From the IMG/VR virus record IMGVR_UViG_3300035696_000002: 64,000 bases of DNA; one strand, 5' to 3'. Within the stretch, counting starts at the first letter, position 1; the number at the start of each line of letters is the position of its first letter. The translations under genes were made by a program, and so were the position numbers. The notes beneath the pieces were generated by a model. That model saw only the letters and a list, made by a program, of their open reading frames with translations, had not been told where the DNA came from and searched no databases. Positions 1 through 9,220 of the stretch are shown here, one piece after another. This stretch comes from a virus (taxonomy: Duplodnaviria > Heunggongvirae > Uroviricota > Caudoviricetes).

Positions 1-222
1 TTCAAGCTGCTGGTCAAGGCGAACGTGTTCACCGTCCGGTTCTTCGACACGAACCCGGTCATCTATGACGAGCACAGGGTGCTCACTGCCATCGCTACGG
101 AGCCCGTGTACCCCGACAAACTGGACGGGATCACCGATTACCTGCCCCTGTGGGACGTAATCGAGATCGCCCCGCTGTCCCGGTGGATGCAGAAGTCGAT
201 TTTCAAGCCCGAAAGGGACTGA
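1..222 (+). CDS. hypothetical protein (5' partial)
   Basis: Frame open from base 1 to TGA at 222. Confidence 0.6.
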   Translation, partial: FKLLVKANVFTVRFFDTNPVIYDEHRVLTAIATEPVYPDKLDGITDYLPLWDVIEIAPLSRWMQKSIFKPERD

Positions 223-240
223 AAACACGGCACTTAGCAC

Positions 241-276
241 TGGCCAAACCCTCCCCCAAGTCCGTATACTGTAGGT
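241..276 (+). promoter_or_regulatory. putative sigma70-like promoter, leaderless transcript
   Basis: TGGCCA-N18-TATACT, then 6 nt, then ATG 277; same architecture at 4437 and 10239. Confidence 0.6.
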
Positions 277-567
277 ATGGCGATCATCCTTCTACCGAAC
301 GGGCACCGTGAAGCGACGATTGATCCCCGCGATCTTGACCCGAAAGATCAATGGACGAATCGCTTCCCCGTTCCATCGTCCTCTTCCAACGTGATTCACA
401 CCGTCTCCCAACACAAAAAGAACCGCTATTGGGGCTGCTCCTGCAACGGCTGGAAGCGGCACAAAAAGTGCCATCACCTGACAGACCTTGGCTTGCCTTG
501 CGGCAGGGAAGGGGAGCCCGGCTACCTGAAACCTTACGAACCCACACTGGTATCGGAGGGCAAGTAA
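277..567 (+). CDS. SWIM zinc-finger protein
   Basis: CSC-x8-CHH fits the CxC..CxH SWIM pattern. Confidence 0.7.
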   Translation: MAIILLPNGHREATIDPRDLDPKDQWTNRFPVPSSSSNVIHTVSQHKKNRYWGCSCNGWKRHKKCHHLTDLGLPCGREGEPGYLKPYEPTLVSEGK

Positions 568-568
568 C

Positions 569-907
569 GTGGCGAAGAACCATTGGGCTTACGAGGGTCG
601 CCCCCGGTACAACCCGGAGAAGGAAGGCTACGGCAATCCCCGGAAATGGCGTGCGGCGTTCGCCGGACGCATGAGCCTGAACGATGCCACGGCTCACTTC
701 CGCAGCAAGAAAGAAACGCCGCGTGAAGTGTTGGGCGTCGCGTCTTACGCAACGTGGGCAGACATCAAACACGCCTACCGCGTGCTCTGCCTTGAGTGGC
801 ACCCTGACCGGGTCAAGACGACCGGGAAGGATGAAAAAGCCGCCGAGGCCCGGTTCAAAGACATCAGTGCAGCCTACGCCATACTGGCGAACGAATACGG
901 AGAATAA
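569..907 (+). CDS. J-domain (DnaJ-like) protein
   Basis: EVLGV..IKHAYR..WHPDR..FKDISAAYAIL; HPD motif. Confidence 0.9.
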   Translation: MAKNHWAYEGRPRYNPEKEGYGNPRKWRAAFAGRMSLNDATAHFRSKKETPREVLGVASYATWADIKHAYRVLCLEWHPDRVKTTGKDEKAAEARFKDISAAYAILANEYGE

Positions 908-908
908 C

Positions 909-1190
909 ATGTCATTCGCAGACACGTTTTACAAAGACGAGAAGTCCGGCATCGGCATGAAAGCTGGCGACGTTTACCGGATGAACAATTGGGGTGCGTT
1001 CGGGGATTGCGTCATCCTTGGCTTCGATGGCAAGGGCAACGTGAAGGTCTCCCGCCCGTACCTGTACGCTTCGAGCGTGGGCACCACCTGTGCGACGCCG
1101 CTGTTGGGCTGCGAGACATGGGAAATGCCAGCGGCAAACTTGGTCGAGCACTACATCGTCGTCGAAAAGACAGGGAGCCGGATCACATAA
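909..1190 (+). CDS. hypothetical protein
   Basis: ATG after GGAG, abutting neighbours. Confidence 0.6.
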   Translation: MSFADTFYKDEKSGIGMKAGDVYRMNNWGAFGDCVILGFDGKGNVKVSRPYLYASSVGTTCATPLLGCETWEMPAANLVEHYIVVEKTGSRIT

Positions 1191-1513
1191 TGCCATTCCT
1201 CGACGAAATTCTCGCGGAACGGAACCTTGCACGGGTAATCCCGATACCGGAGCCTGATGCTGTTCCAATCGCCGAAACCGTCATCGACGCCGGGTTCGAA
1301 GCACCGATCCGCAAAAAGATTGTTGTGAACACGTCCGGCCAGCGTATTTCATCGCAGGTCAGCGACCGGGAATTGCTCGACAGGATGGATGATTTCCTGA
1401 GCCGACTGGACGGCATCCTGACGAAGAAAGACGAAGAGACGCACGCGGCACTGGCGACTGAGAACACTTTGCGATTCGCGGAAAGCAAACCAGCTTGGAT
1501 GAGGGAGGAATAA
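1190..1513 (+). CDS. hypothetical protein
   Basis: TAATG coupling with upstream gene. Confidence 0.6.
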   Translation: MPFLDEILAERNLARVIPIPEPDAVPIAETVIDAGFEAPIRKKIVVNTSGQRISSQVSDRELLDRMDDFLSRLDGILTKKDEETHAALATENTLRFAESKPAWMREE

Positions 1514-1514
1514 C

Positions 1515-1832
1515 ATGGGATTCATACTGCCCGAGGCCGAAGTCAAACGGATGCGTCGCTTGCAGATCAAGCGAATGCTGTTCCTGATGGTGTTCATCAC
1601 CGCTGGCTCCATGTGGGCCGTGATGGTCATCACCCATTCAGTTCCATGGACGCCTTGGTTTCTCGGCCTATTGGCCGGGTTCCTGATCGGTGCCCTTGGC
1701 GTCCGGGCGTACCACAAGATCGGCCCCCCGGTGCCGCGAGTGGACAAGTATATCCCGGCTGAGCCGATCAAACAGTGGAACGAGGAATCGTTTCAACGCG
1801 GCCATCGGCAGCCGTATCTGGTGAAGGGCTAG
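1515..1832 (+). CDS. membrane protein (2 TM)
   Basis: Two hydrophobic stretches, GGAGG RBS. Confidence 0.6.
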   Translation: MGFILPEAEVKRMRRLQIKRMLFLMVFITAGSMWAVMVITHSVPWTPWFLGLLAGFLIGALGVRAYHKIGPPVPRVDKYIPAEPIKQWNEESFQRGHRQPYLVKG

Positions 1833-1834
1833 TC

Positions 1835-1993
1835 ATGTGGATCATCGTGGAGGATGGTGAAGTTTTCGAAGGCGACGAACTCCATTGGGAGGATTGCTTC
1901 TTCACCAACGCCACTGAGACCGAGATCAGAAAATTTTGCAGGGAGAACGGCTGGAAGGTAGTCATTCAGGATCAAAAGCTATGGCTCAACTGA
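1835..1993 (+). CDS. hypothetical protein
   Basis: Fills gap in tightly packed array. Confidence 0.5.
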   Translation: MWIIVEDGEVFEGDELHWEDCFFTNATETEIRKFCRENGWKVVIQDQKLWLN

Positions 1994-2301
1994 AAATCTG
2001 GAACGGTCGCGGCGACTACGCGGAACTCGACGGGCACTTGTTCGTGTGTGCCACGAGCCGGAAGCACGCCGTCGAACTGATTAACAAGGCCGGATACAGT
2101 GCCGGGCGGATGAACCTGCATGAACTGGACGTGTACTACAGTAAGGATTGTTGGGGCCGGGACATGAACGGCATCAAGATGGAGCCGGGCGTCTGGTTCC
2201 AGCCCAAGGATGCCGATCTCTGCATCTGCAACATCGGCCTGATGGAGTTTGACAAGCCGCACAAAAAGGAATGTCCAAAACGGCCCCGGAGGCTGGTATA
2301 A
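1981..2301 (+). CDS. hypothetical protein
   Basis: Coupled ORF in array. Confidence 0.6.
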   Translation: MAQLKIWNGRGDYAELDGHLFVCATSRKHAVELINKAGYSAGRMNLHELDVYYSKDCWGRDMNGIKMEPGVWFQPKDADLCICNIGLMEFDKPHKKECPKRPRRLV

Positions 2302-2573
2302 TGGCAGAGTATATGTCTGACGACACCGAGAAGAATTTCAACCACACGCACCCGGAACTTCTGGAAGGCGAAGTGTGGCTCACCAACCAGTTCGAGAGCG
2401 ATACGTGGGGCGTAACGATCCCGCACCGCATCGGCACTCAGGCGTACACCATTCTTGGGCGTCCGCTGTCGTATGGGCACCCTGTTTTTGCTTTGAAATC
2501 CGATCTTGAAAAAAGTCGCCAGTCCGGTAAGGGCTGGTACGAGGATGGGGACGATGATTTGTCCAAACTGTAA
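2301..2573 (+). CDS. hypothetical protein
   Basis: TAATG coupling, GGAGG RBS. Confidence 0.6.
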   Translation: MAEYMSDDTEKNFNHTHPELLEGEVWLTNQFESDTWGVTIPHRIGTQAYTILGRPLSYGHPVFALKSDLEKSRQSGKGWYEDGDDDLSKL

Positions 2574-3078
2574 CGGCGAAGGCATAGTCTACGAGTACGG
2601 TGAGGAATCCCCGAGCGGGATTATCGCCGATGACGTGTGCCTGAACTGCGGCGGGTTGGGCGTCATTAACCTGATCTACGTGTTCGGCAGCAACGAGGCT
2701 GGCATCCACGGCAAGGGAGCGGCCTTGACCGCCCGGCTGGAGCACGCAGCCATTCTTGGGCAGGGATTCGGTCGGCAGGGGCAATCCTTCGGCATTCCCA
2801 CCAAAGGGAAGATCAACCTCGGCGGTACGTGGGGCATCGGTCGTCCACTGCCGCTCAGCGACATCAACAACTACGTCGGAATGTTCGTCGAATACGCCAA
2901 GCAGGTTCCGCAGGAGCATTTCAAGATCACGCAGATTGGCACCGGGCACGCCGGATTCAAGCACGAACAGATGGCTCCGATGTTCGCCGATTCGCCGGGC
3001 AACTGCCTGTTCGACGAAGCGTGGCGTCCGTGGTTAGGCAACAGATGGTATTGGGGGACTTATGTTCCGGGTCGGTGA
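2554..3078 (+). CDS. CxxCxGxG zinc finger fused to A1S_2505-family (macrodomain-like) phage protein
   Basis: CPNCNGEG/CLNCGGLG, then VFGSNEAGIHGKGAA..GQSFGIPTK..TQIGTGHAG. Confidence 0.7.
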   Translation: MICPNCNGEGIVYEYGEESPSGIIADDVCLNCGGLGVINLIYVFGSNEAGIHGKGAALTARLEHAAILGQGFGRQGQSFGIPTKGKINLGGTWGIGRPLPLSDINNYVGMFVEYAKQVPQEHFKITQIGTGHAGFKHEQMAPMFADSPGNCLFDEAWRPWLGNRWYWGTYVPGR

Positions 3079-3283
3079 CAAAGTTCGCTGCATCCACAAT
3101 CCGCCGTCAACGCCCGAGGGCTCCATGGAGTTTGTGATCGCCGGGTTCAAGCAGGGCGATGGAGTTTTCACGGACGTTGACACCCTGTACGCGGGTGGGC
3201 CGTCACTACACTCAGCGGCGAGGATTCTCTGGCCGATTGAGAAGCTGACTTTGATCGAAGGGGAGGGCAGCCGTGGAAATTGA
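3062..3283 (+). CDS. hypothetical protein
   Basis: FRVGDKVR start typical of small phage SH3-like proteins. Confidence 0.5.
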   Translation: MFRVGDKVRCIHNPPSTPEGSMEFVIAGFKQGDGVFTDVDTLYAGGPSLHSAARILWPIEKLTLIEGEGSRGN

Positions 3284-3506
3284 ACACGAGAATCAGAAAA
3301 TCCGCCTGATCGTCACCCGGCAGGAAGCACTCGACATGATCGCGGAACTGGCGAAGGGTGTTGGCCTGTCCGTTCGTGCTGATTTGGAGTGCGTGCACTC
3401 TGGCGGCTTCCACGCGGTCTTCCGCGAATACAAAAAGGCGAACGAGCAGGTGGGGCCGGATTACCCGGCATCCTGTTTTGTTTTTGTGGAGAAAGGGTTG
3501 TCTTGA
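3273..3506 (+). CDS. hypothetical protein
   Basis: GGAGG RBS, GTG start. Confidence 0.5.
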   Translation: MEIEHENQKIRLIVTRQEALDMIAELAKGVGLSVRADLECVHSGGFHAVFREYKKANEQVGPDYPASCFVFVEKGLS

Positions 3507-3682
3507 GCACAATTGTTGACCAAGCGACGGAGTTGGCCCGGCTGCTCAACTACATTTTCGGGCGACCGGATCACGAACGGGATGCGATCTTGGTTGTCGC
3601 CGCCGAGAAGATTGACGGTGAGACCGCACGCCGGATGCTGAAAACCGTTTACCAGTCCGACGACCGGGGATGGGGGAGCTAA
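3503..3682 (+). CDS. hypothetical protein
   Basis: TTGA overlap with upstream stop. Confidence 0.45.
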   Translation: MSTIVDQATELARLLNYIFGRPDHERDAILVVAAEKIDGETARRMLKTVYQSDDRGWGS

Positions 3683-3909
3683 TGACCGTTTTCCAATTCA
3701 TTCTCGTGCTTGTCACGGTGGAGGCCGCTGTCGTGGGAATGTTTCTCGCGATGCGGATGTCCCCGCCGACGACGATCAAGCCAATTCAGATCGTAATCGT
3801 GGTGCTGTGTTTGGTCGCCATCATCGGAGCCTTCACTGTCGGCTCGTACTGGAACCATGACGACTATCTATGCAAACCGGGAGCACATTGCTTCCCGTGG
3901 GGAGACTAA
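3682..3909 (+). CDS. membrane protein (2 TM)
   Basis: Two hydrophobic helices, TAATG coupling. Confidence 0.55.
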   Translation: MTVFQFILVLVTVEAAVVGMFLAMRMSPPTTIKPIQIVIVVLCLVAIIGAFTVGSYWNHDDYLCKPGAHCFPWGD

Positions 3910-4434
3910 ATGGGCACACAAGGGATTGTAAGTGTCATTGTCGGCGGCAAGATGGAAGCCAAGGTCATCGCCGGGTGTAATGGTCAGAACGCCGCTAAGC
4001 TGGCAGACCTGATCCGCAACTACACCGTGGAGGATGAACTGGTAACGGGCCTGAAAATCCTCGGCTACCCGAAGCTGGCCGCACGGGTTGAACTCGATCC
4101 TGAGCACGCACCCAAGAAAGTCATGCCTAGCTATTTCCGCCTTCGTCCGCTGGCACGTCAAGCAGGATTCGGTTGCGACGATTGTCTGATCGTACAGGCA
4201 ATGCATCGCGGCAGAATCGCCGAAGATGGCACGCCGCTGCCGCCCCGGCTCAGCCTGTTTGGCATATCCGATCTCGGTGCCGAGGGCGAAGAACTGGAGC
4301 ATCGCACTGGCGAAGATCACCTGTCGAAGCTTTACGACCGCTTCAAACGCACGTTCGATGACCCCCGATTCAACCCCCGGTGGGAACGTGGCACCGCTGA
4401 GTACGTGGAAGTCGTTGAAATAGCAGGGGTTTAG
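3910..4434 (+). CDS. hypothetical protein
   Basis: 174-aa ORF with GGAG RBS. Confidence 0.65.
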   Translation: MGTQGIVSVIVGGKMEAKVIAGCNGQNAAKLADLIRNYTVEDELVTGLKILGYPKLAARVELDPEHAPKKVMPSYFRLRPLARQAGFGCDDCLIVQAMHRGRIAEDGTPLPPRLSLFGISDLGAEGEELEHRTGEDHLSKLYDRFKRTFDDPRFNPRWERGTAEYVEVVEIAGV

Positions 4435-4436
4435 AC

Positions 4437-4474
4437 TAGCCAAAAAGTACCAGAAACCCGTATACTATAGGTGT
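4437..4474 (+). promoter_or_regulatory. putative sigma70-like promoter
   Basis: TAGCCA-N18-TATACT, 8 nt before ATG 4475. Confidence 0.55.
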
Positions 4475-5296
4475 ATGGTAAAGGCCGAACTCCTGACGGA
4501 CGGTCACCCTGACGCAGTCGAGCGGTACATCCTCGACCCCAACTGGGTTTTCCAAGAAAAACACAACGGCGACCGTCGCCTCGTTGAAAAACAAGGCCTG
4601 AGCGTGGTGGACTACAACCGCAACGGCGTCAACGGCAAGGGCCTTTCCCCGGCAATCATCGACGCCCTACGCAAGCACCCGCTGCCGCTGATGGTGGGCG
4701 ACGCTGAATACGTCCCGGCGACCGATCAGCTTTTTGTTTTCGATGCACTGGCGTTCGGCGACGAAATGGTTATCGGCAAGCCGTACTCGTATCGCGAGGC
4801 CAGCTACCACTCGCAATTCGACGGCTTCAATTATCACATTGTCCCGGTCGCGTCGGCCCGGACGCCGGAAGCGAAACGAGCGTTGATCGCTCACCTTCGC
4901 TCAATCCGGGCGGAAGGTTTCGTTGCGAAAGATTTGCGTGCGATATACCGTCCCGGTGGACGGTTCAACCTACGTTTCAAGTTCTGGAAAACGCTGGACG
5001 CGGTTGTGATCGGCGACAGCAAGGAACGGGACGACAAGGGCATGTTGAAAGACAGCGTGCGAGTCGGCCTGTTCGACAGCAAGGGCATCTTGCATGACAT
5101 TTGTGGGGCGACCAAGAAGGCTCAGTACGTGCTTCGCCCCGGCGACGTGGTCGAACTCAAGTACCTGTACGGCACCGGGACGCTGGACGTGGTTCAACCG
5201 TCGATCTTGAATCAGCGATTCGACAAGGCCCCGCAGGAATGCTTGTTAGATCAGATCGTGGTCAACAAAAACTGGTCGAAGTGGGGTAAACGATAA
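4475..5296 (+). CDS. minimal ATP-dependent DNA ligase
   Basis: Motif I EKHNGDRR, DAE, FVFDAL, EGFVAK, RFKFWK, then OB-like domain ending QRFDK. Confidence 0.75.
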   Translation: MVKAELLTDGHPDAVERYILDPNWVFQEKHNGDRRLVEKQGLSVVDYNRNGVNGKGLSPAIIDALRKHPLPLMVGDAEYVPATDQLFVFDALAFGDEMVIGKPYSYREASYHSQFDGFNYHIVPVASARTPEAKRALIAHLRSIRAEGFVAKDLRAIYRPGGRFNLRFKFWKTLDAVVIGDSKERDDKGMLKDSVRVGLFDSKGILHDICGATKKAQYVLRPGDVVELKYLYGTGTLDVVQPSILNQRFDKAPQECLLDQIVVNKNWSKWGKR

Positions 5297-5559
5297 TGGC
5301 CGACTACATCAAAACCGATTACGTCAAAGTCAAGATCGCCGGGAAAAAGTCGATCTACCTTGAGCAGGTGAAGTACACCGAGGCCAAGGGACTCAAGTTC
5401 GTTTCCGGCTACGAGATCGACAAGAACGCAGAGTCGAAGATCATCCATGGTGGAGTGACGCAACACCTGATACAATTGGGCGAGGGCCGGGAAGTGGTGC
5501 CGCAGATGATGTCCAAGACGTATGCGACACTGGAGGATTACGATGAAACCAAAGTTTAA
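5296..5559 (+). CDS. hypothetical protein
   Basis: TAATG coupling. Confidence 0.6.
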   Translation: MADYIKTDYVKVKIAGKKSIYLEQVKYTEAKGLKFVSGYEIDKNAESKIIHGGVTQHLIQLGEGREVVPQMMSKTYATLEDYDETKV

Positions 5560-5758
5560 GCCGATAGTCATCAACGTCTACCCGGAGACCCCCGGCGTGG
5601 TTGAGATCGCTCTGGAGCGTGTTTGCCCCCGCTGCAATGGCAACGGTGAAGAGGCCAAGGGCCTCGTGTGCGGCATTTGTTGGGGCAAGGGCATTCAGCC
5701 GACCGCCACTGGCGGCATGATCCTCGAATTTTTGAAGCGACACACAGGAGAGAAATAA
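5543..5758 (+). CDS. CxxCxGxG zinc-finger protein
   Basis: CPRCNGNG / CGICWGKG, GGAGG RBS. Confidence 0.6.
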   Translation: MKPKFKPIVINVYPETPGVVEIALERVCPRCNGNGEEAKGLVCGICWGKGIQPTATGGMILEFLKRHTGEK

Positions 5759-5759
5759 C

Positions 5760-6668
5760 ATGGCGTTCGATGACGACAGAAAGACATACAAGCACGAAAG
5801 CTACGGTGCGATTACGATCAACCGTTCCAGCGGCTCAGCCTATCTGTTTGGCTCCGATGCCCTGCACCACCAGTTCGTGCATATCGAAATCAAACACGCG
5901 GAAATGAACCGCGACCTGTCGCACAACTGGATTTATTCTGGCGGCGTGCCCATCACCGAAATCTGGATGACCGAGGCTCAGTGGGCGGAATTCGTTTCGT
6001 CCTTCGGACAGGGCTCAGGCGTCGCGTGCACCATCCGTGGCATCGAAGGCCGGACTATGCAACTGCCCCCGGAGCCGGAGCACTTCACCAGCGAGTTCAA
6101 AGACGAAGTCAAAAAGACCGTGGGCAAGGCCGTGGGCACACTCAAGGGCCTGACCGGGCAACTTGACGAGGCCCTTCTGCCCGGCAACAAGGCATTGGGC
6201 AAGAAAGACCTTGGCAAACTGCTCTCCGAGATCAATCACGCCATCATGCAGATCGAAGCGAACCTGCCTTACGTCGAGACCTGCTTCGAGGAAGAGATGG
6301 AAAAGAAAATGTCCGAGGCTAAGGTCGAATTCGAGGCCGTGGTCGCGAATCGCCTCCGCGAAATGGGCATTCAGCACGTCATCCAGCAATATCTGCCGGA
6401 GACCAGCATCCAACGCGGTGCCGGGCTACTCACTGGCGAGACCGACCTGACCAAAGACCCGTTCTACCGGGCTGGCGGTGGGCCGTCCAAGGAAACGCTG
6501 GCCGAGCACGGAATTCCGGCTCCGACCGAGGCCGATCTCGTCGAGGTTGAGCCGACTGAGCCTGAGATTGACGAAACCGAGAACGGTGCCCGGATCATCG
6601 TCACCGACCTGCGGAATTCGGATGTCCCACGCCGTTTCCGGGACGACTACGAGCCGGAGGGAAACTAA
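5760..6668 (+). CDS. hypothetical phage protein
   Basis: 302-aa ORF, AGGAG RBS. Confidence 0.75.
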   Translation: MAFDDDRKTYKHESYGAITINRSSGSAYLFGSDALHHQFVHIEIKHAEMNRDLSHNWIYSGGVPITEIWMTEAQWAEFVSSFGQGSGVACTIRGIEGRTMQLPPEPEHFTSEFKDEVKKTVGKAVGTLKGLTGQLDEALLPGNKALGKKDLGKLLSEINHAIMQIEANLPYVETCFEEEMEKKMSEAKVEFEAVVANRLREMGIQHVIQQYLPETSIQRGAGLLTGETDLTKDPFYRAGGGPSKETLAEHGIPAPTEADLVEVEPTEPEIDETENGARIIVTDLRNSDVPRRFRDDYEPEGN

Positions 6669-6669
6669 C

Positions 6670-6939
6670 GTGAACGCACTGGACAGAGCACAACTCGACT
6701 GGTGCAAGGCCCGTGACGCCTTCCATGGTGAAGGCAGCAACGGCATAGAGCCGACGATTGACGGCTATTGGGAAGCTGACCGGGCTCTGCTGCTGGAGTT
6801 CTCCCGCGACTGGAAGGGCTCAGACAAGCTGTTGCAGACCGCCTATCGGCAGTTCCGCAAGGCTCTGATCGACAGCCGCTATTGCCCGGAGCCAAACGTC
6901 GAACGGATGGTGATTCCGTGCCCGGCAGGACAGGCCTAA
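6670..6939 (+). CDS. hypothetical protein
   Basis: GGAGG RBS, GTG start. Confidence 0.55.
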   Translation: MNALDRAQLDWCKARDAFHGEGSNGIEPTIDGYWEADRALLLEFSRDWKGSDKLLQTAYRQFRKALIDSRYCPEPNVERMVIPCPAGQA

Positions 6940-7136
6940 TGGTCAAGGTCAAGAGAGAACCGAAGGGAATGGGGCCGTTCGAGCGATGCTGCATTTGCCG
7001 CGAACCTACCCCGTTCTGGTATACTCCAAAGGACGTGGCGTTGTGCCGGGCCTGTGCAAGAACGGCCAAGGTCAAAGACCTGCCCGATAAAGCGGCATGG
7101 GTCACCAAGGAAAGAGCACTGCGGCGAGGGTACTAA
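6939..7136 (+). CDS. small zinc-binding protein
   Basis: CCIC..CRAC, coupled. Confidence 0.55.
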   Translation: MVKVKREPKGMGPFERCCICREPTPFWYTPKDVALCRACARTAKVKDLPDKAAWVTKERALRRGY

Positions 7137-7297
7137 TGAAACTGAGACTGCTGTTCGTTTTGATCGTGTTCCTGTTCGTGGTTTGGGAAGTCATCAGCCA
7201 CTCGTACTTGATCGTCTCCACGTCCGCCGTAATCGGCTGGCTGGTCACGATTGCGGCCTTGTTGGCGATCTTCGTCGTGCGGGGCAGACGTGGCTGA
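7136..7297 (+). CDS. small membrane protein
   Basis: Two hydrophobic segments, coupled. Confidence 0.5.
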   Translation: MKLRLLFVLIVFLFVVWEVISHSYLIVSTSAVIGWLVTIAALLAIFVVRGRRG

Positions 7298-7541
7298 GAT
7301 CAGAGTCGGCCCATGGACAGAGAAGGCGATCCTGCGGGTGTATCGCCGCGAGGCACAGAGGTTAACGCCGGAACAACTGATCGAGGAGTACGCAGAGGCC
7401 CGGCTCCTGCAAGAAGTAGTCTGCGACCGCTTGGGCATTCACGCCTTGGGGTCGCTTGCTTACGCGAGGAAATTGCATGACACAGATTTTGCTAAGCCGG
7501 GGCAACTTCCGCGAATTCACATTCGCAAGAGACAAGCATAA
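7290..7541 (+). CDS. hypothetical protein
   Basis: Overlapping ORF in array. Confidence 0.45.
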   Translation: MAEIRVGPWTEKAILRVYRREAQRLTPEQLIEEYAEARLLQEVVCDRLGIHALGSLAYARKLHDTDFAKPGQLPRIHIRKRQA

Positions 7542-8517
7542 GTGTGTCAACTGTGGGCTGCCCGGCGTGGACGCCCACCATATCATCGAACGGAGGCTCT
7601 TTCCAGATGGCGGATACTATCTCGACAACGGAGTCACACTTTGTGAAGCGTGTCACCTTGCTGCCGAAGCTACGCTTATTGCATGTTCAAGCCTTAGAGC
7701 GGCAGCCGGAATCGAACAGGTGGTACTACCGCCCCACTTCTTTGCCGACCAAGATTACGACAAGTGGGGAAACTCCATCCTCCCAAACGGAATGAGGATG
7801 AAGGGCGAACTCTTCTACGAGGAGCCCGTCCAGAAAGTTCTCAAGCCTGTCCTGCACATGTTCACCGACAGGATCAAGTACCCCCGCACATTCCATTTCC
7901 CATGGTCGCCGAATCTCCAGAACGATGATCGGATGCTCCAGAGCACCGAAGGATGGGAAGGCACCGAAGTTGTAGTCACGGAGAAAATGGACGGCGAGGG
8001 CACCACGTTCTACCATGGCGACCTGCACGCCCGGTCACTGGAATTCGAGCCCCGGCCTGACCGGACATTCATCAAGGCGATCCACGCCACGGTCGCACAC
8101 GACATCCCGGAAGGCTATCGCATCTGCGGGGAGAACATGACGGCGGTGCATTCGATCCGCTATACTGATCTCCCGTCCTACTTTCTGATGTTCAACATTT
8201 GGGACGGCCTGACGTGCCTGTCGTGGGCCGAAACCTGCGAGTGGGCCGCGATGCTTGGCTTGTGGACGGTTCCTCTGATATACTGGGGGCCGTACAGTGA
8301 CGATCTGTGCAAGGAACTGTGCGACAAGATCAACCCGGTGACTCAGGAGGGTCTGGTCGTTCGACCTGCACGGGCGTTCCACATGCGTGAGTATCCTTAC
8401 GTCGTGGGGAAATGCGTTCGCCACAAGCACGTGACAACTGACCAGCACTGGGCAAAGAAAGCGGTGGAGTTCAATGGGCTTAGCAGACGAGACGGCTTCA
8501 AACACGGACTACAGTAA
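7477..8517 (+). CDS. HNH nuclease fused to RNA ligase (Rnl2-like)
   Basis: CVNCG..DAHH..NGVTLCEACH; KYPRTFHFPWSP, TEKMDG, GEN, FNIW, EGLVVR. Confidence 0.85.
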   Translation: MTQILLSRGNFREFTFARDKHKCVNCGLPGVDAHHIIERRLFPDGGYYLDNGVTLCEACHLAAEATLIACSSLRAAAGIEQVVLPPHFFADQDYDKWGNSILPNGMRMKGELFYEEPVQKVLKPVLHMFTDRIKYPRTFHFPWSPNLQNDDRMLQSTEGWEGTEVVVTEKMDGEGTTFYHGDLHARSLEFEPRPDRTFIKAIHATVAHDIPEGYRICGENMTAVHSIRYTDLPSYFLMFNIWDGLTCLSWAETCEWAAMLGLWTVPLIYWGPYSDDLCKELCDKINPVTQEGLVVRPARAFHMREYPYVVGKCVRHKHVTTDQHWAKKAVEFNGLSRRDGFKHGLQ

Positions 8518-8665
8518 GTTCGGCACGTATGAGAAGCTGACGCCGCAGGAAGAAGCGGCGTGGAAGCTTTACTGCGAAGAGACTGCGGGCGACATGGATG
8601 TCCGGGACTACTGGTCTCAGCTTCCGCGTCACGTGCGGGAGATGTATCTGGCGAAGGTATCCTAA
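8474..8665 (+). CDS. hypothetical protein
   Basis: GGAG RBS; stop coupled to next ATG. Confidence 0.45.
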   Translation: MGLADETASNTDYSKFGTYEKLTPQEEAAWKLYCEETAGDMDVRDYWSQLPRHVREMYLAKVS

Positions 8666-8772
8666 TGGCGATGCTTGCAGTCAAAATCGTCCTCTCCATC
8701 GTCTGGCTTGTCGGCGTGTTCTGGCTGTGCAAGCGAATCTGGAATGAGCGGTTACCGGGAGACCCGAAATAA
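8665..8772 (+). CDS. small membrane peptide
   Basis: Coupled at both ends, one TM. Confidence 0.4.
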   Translation: MAMLAVKIVLSIVWLVGVFWLCKRIWNERLPGDPK

Positions 8773-9050
8773 TGGAATTCGATGCGAAGAAAGAAACCCG
8801 ATCAGTGACTTTCACCACGTGCACGTCCAATGCCTTTGAACGCGGCGATAAGATCACGATCTCGGGGCTGGCTAACGGCGGGGAATATTCTCATTACGTC
8901 CCCGGCAAGGGGCTTGCGTTTGACAGCATGAACGGCGAGTACACGATCACGAAAATCGCCGGGCAGCACTGGTACGATCCAATCGTTCGGTTCTTGAAGG
9001 AGTGTTATGGATACATGCGAGAAATGCGGAAAGCCGAGCGACCACTTTAA
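8772..9050 (+). CDS. hypothetical protein
   Basis: TAATG coupling. Confidence 0.5.
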   Translation: MEFDAKKETRSVTFTTCTSNAFERGDKITISGLANGGEYSHYVPGKGLAFDSMNGEYTITKIAGQHWYDPIVRFLKECYGYMREMRKAERPL

Positions 9051-9219
9051 CCACTACGCCGACTATTCCATGGACGGCAGCATGTGGCACAATGCCGATC
9101 ATGAGTTCGTCGCTAAGCGGAATCAGCGGACGTTCGTGATCTTCACAGTGTATGCGATCCTCGGCCTGATCCTGCTGTGCACGATGGGATTCTTCGCCGC
9201 CCAATTCCTGACCAAATAA
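9007..9219 (+). CDS. small membrane protein
   Basis: AAGGAG RBS, C-terminal TM. Confidence 0.5.
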   Translation: MDTCEKCGKPSDHFNHYADYSMDGSMWHNADHEFVAKRNQRTFVIFTVYAILGLILLCTMGFFAAQFLTK

Positions 9220-9220
9220 C

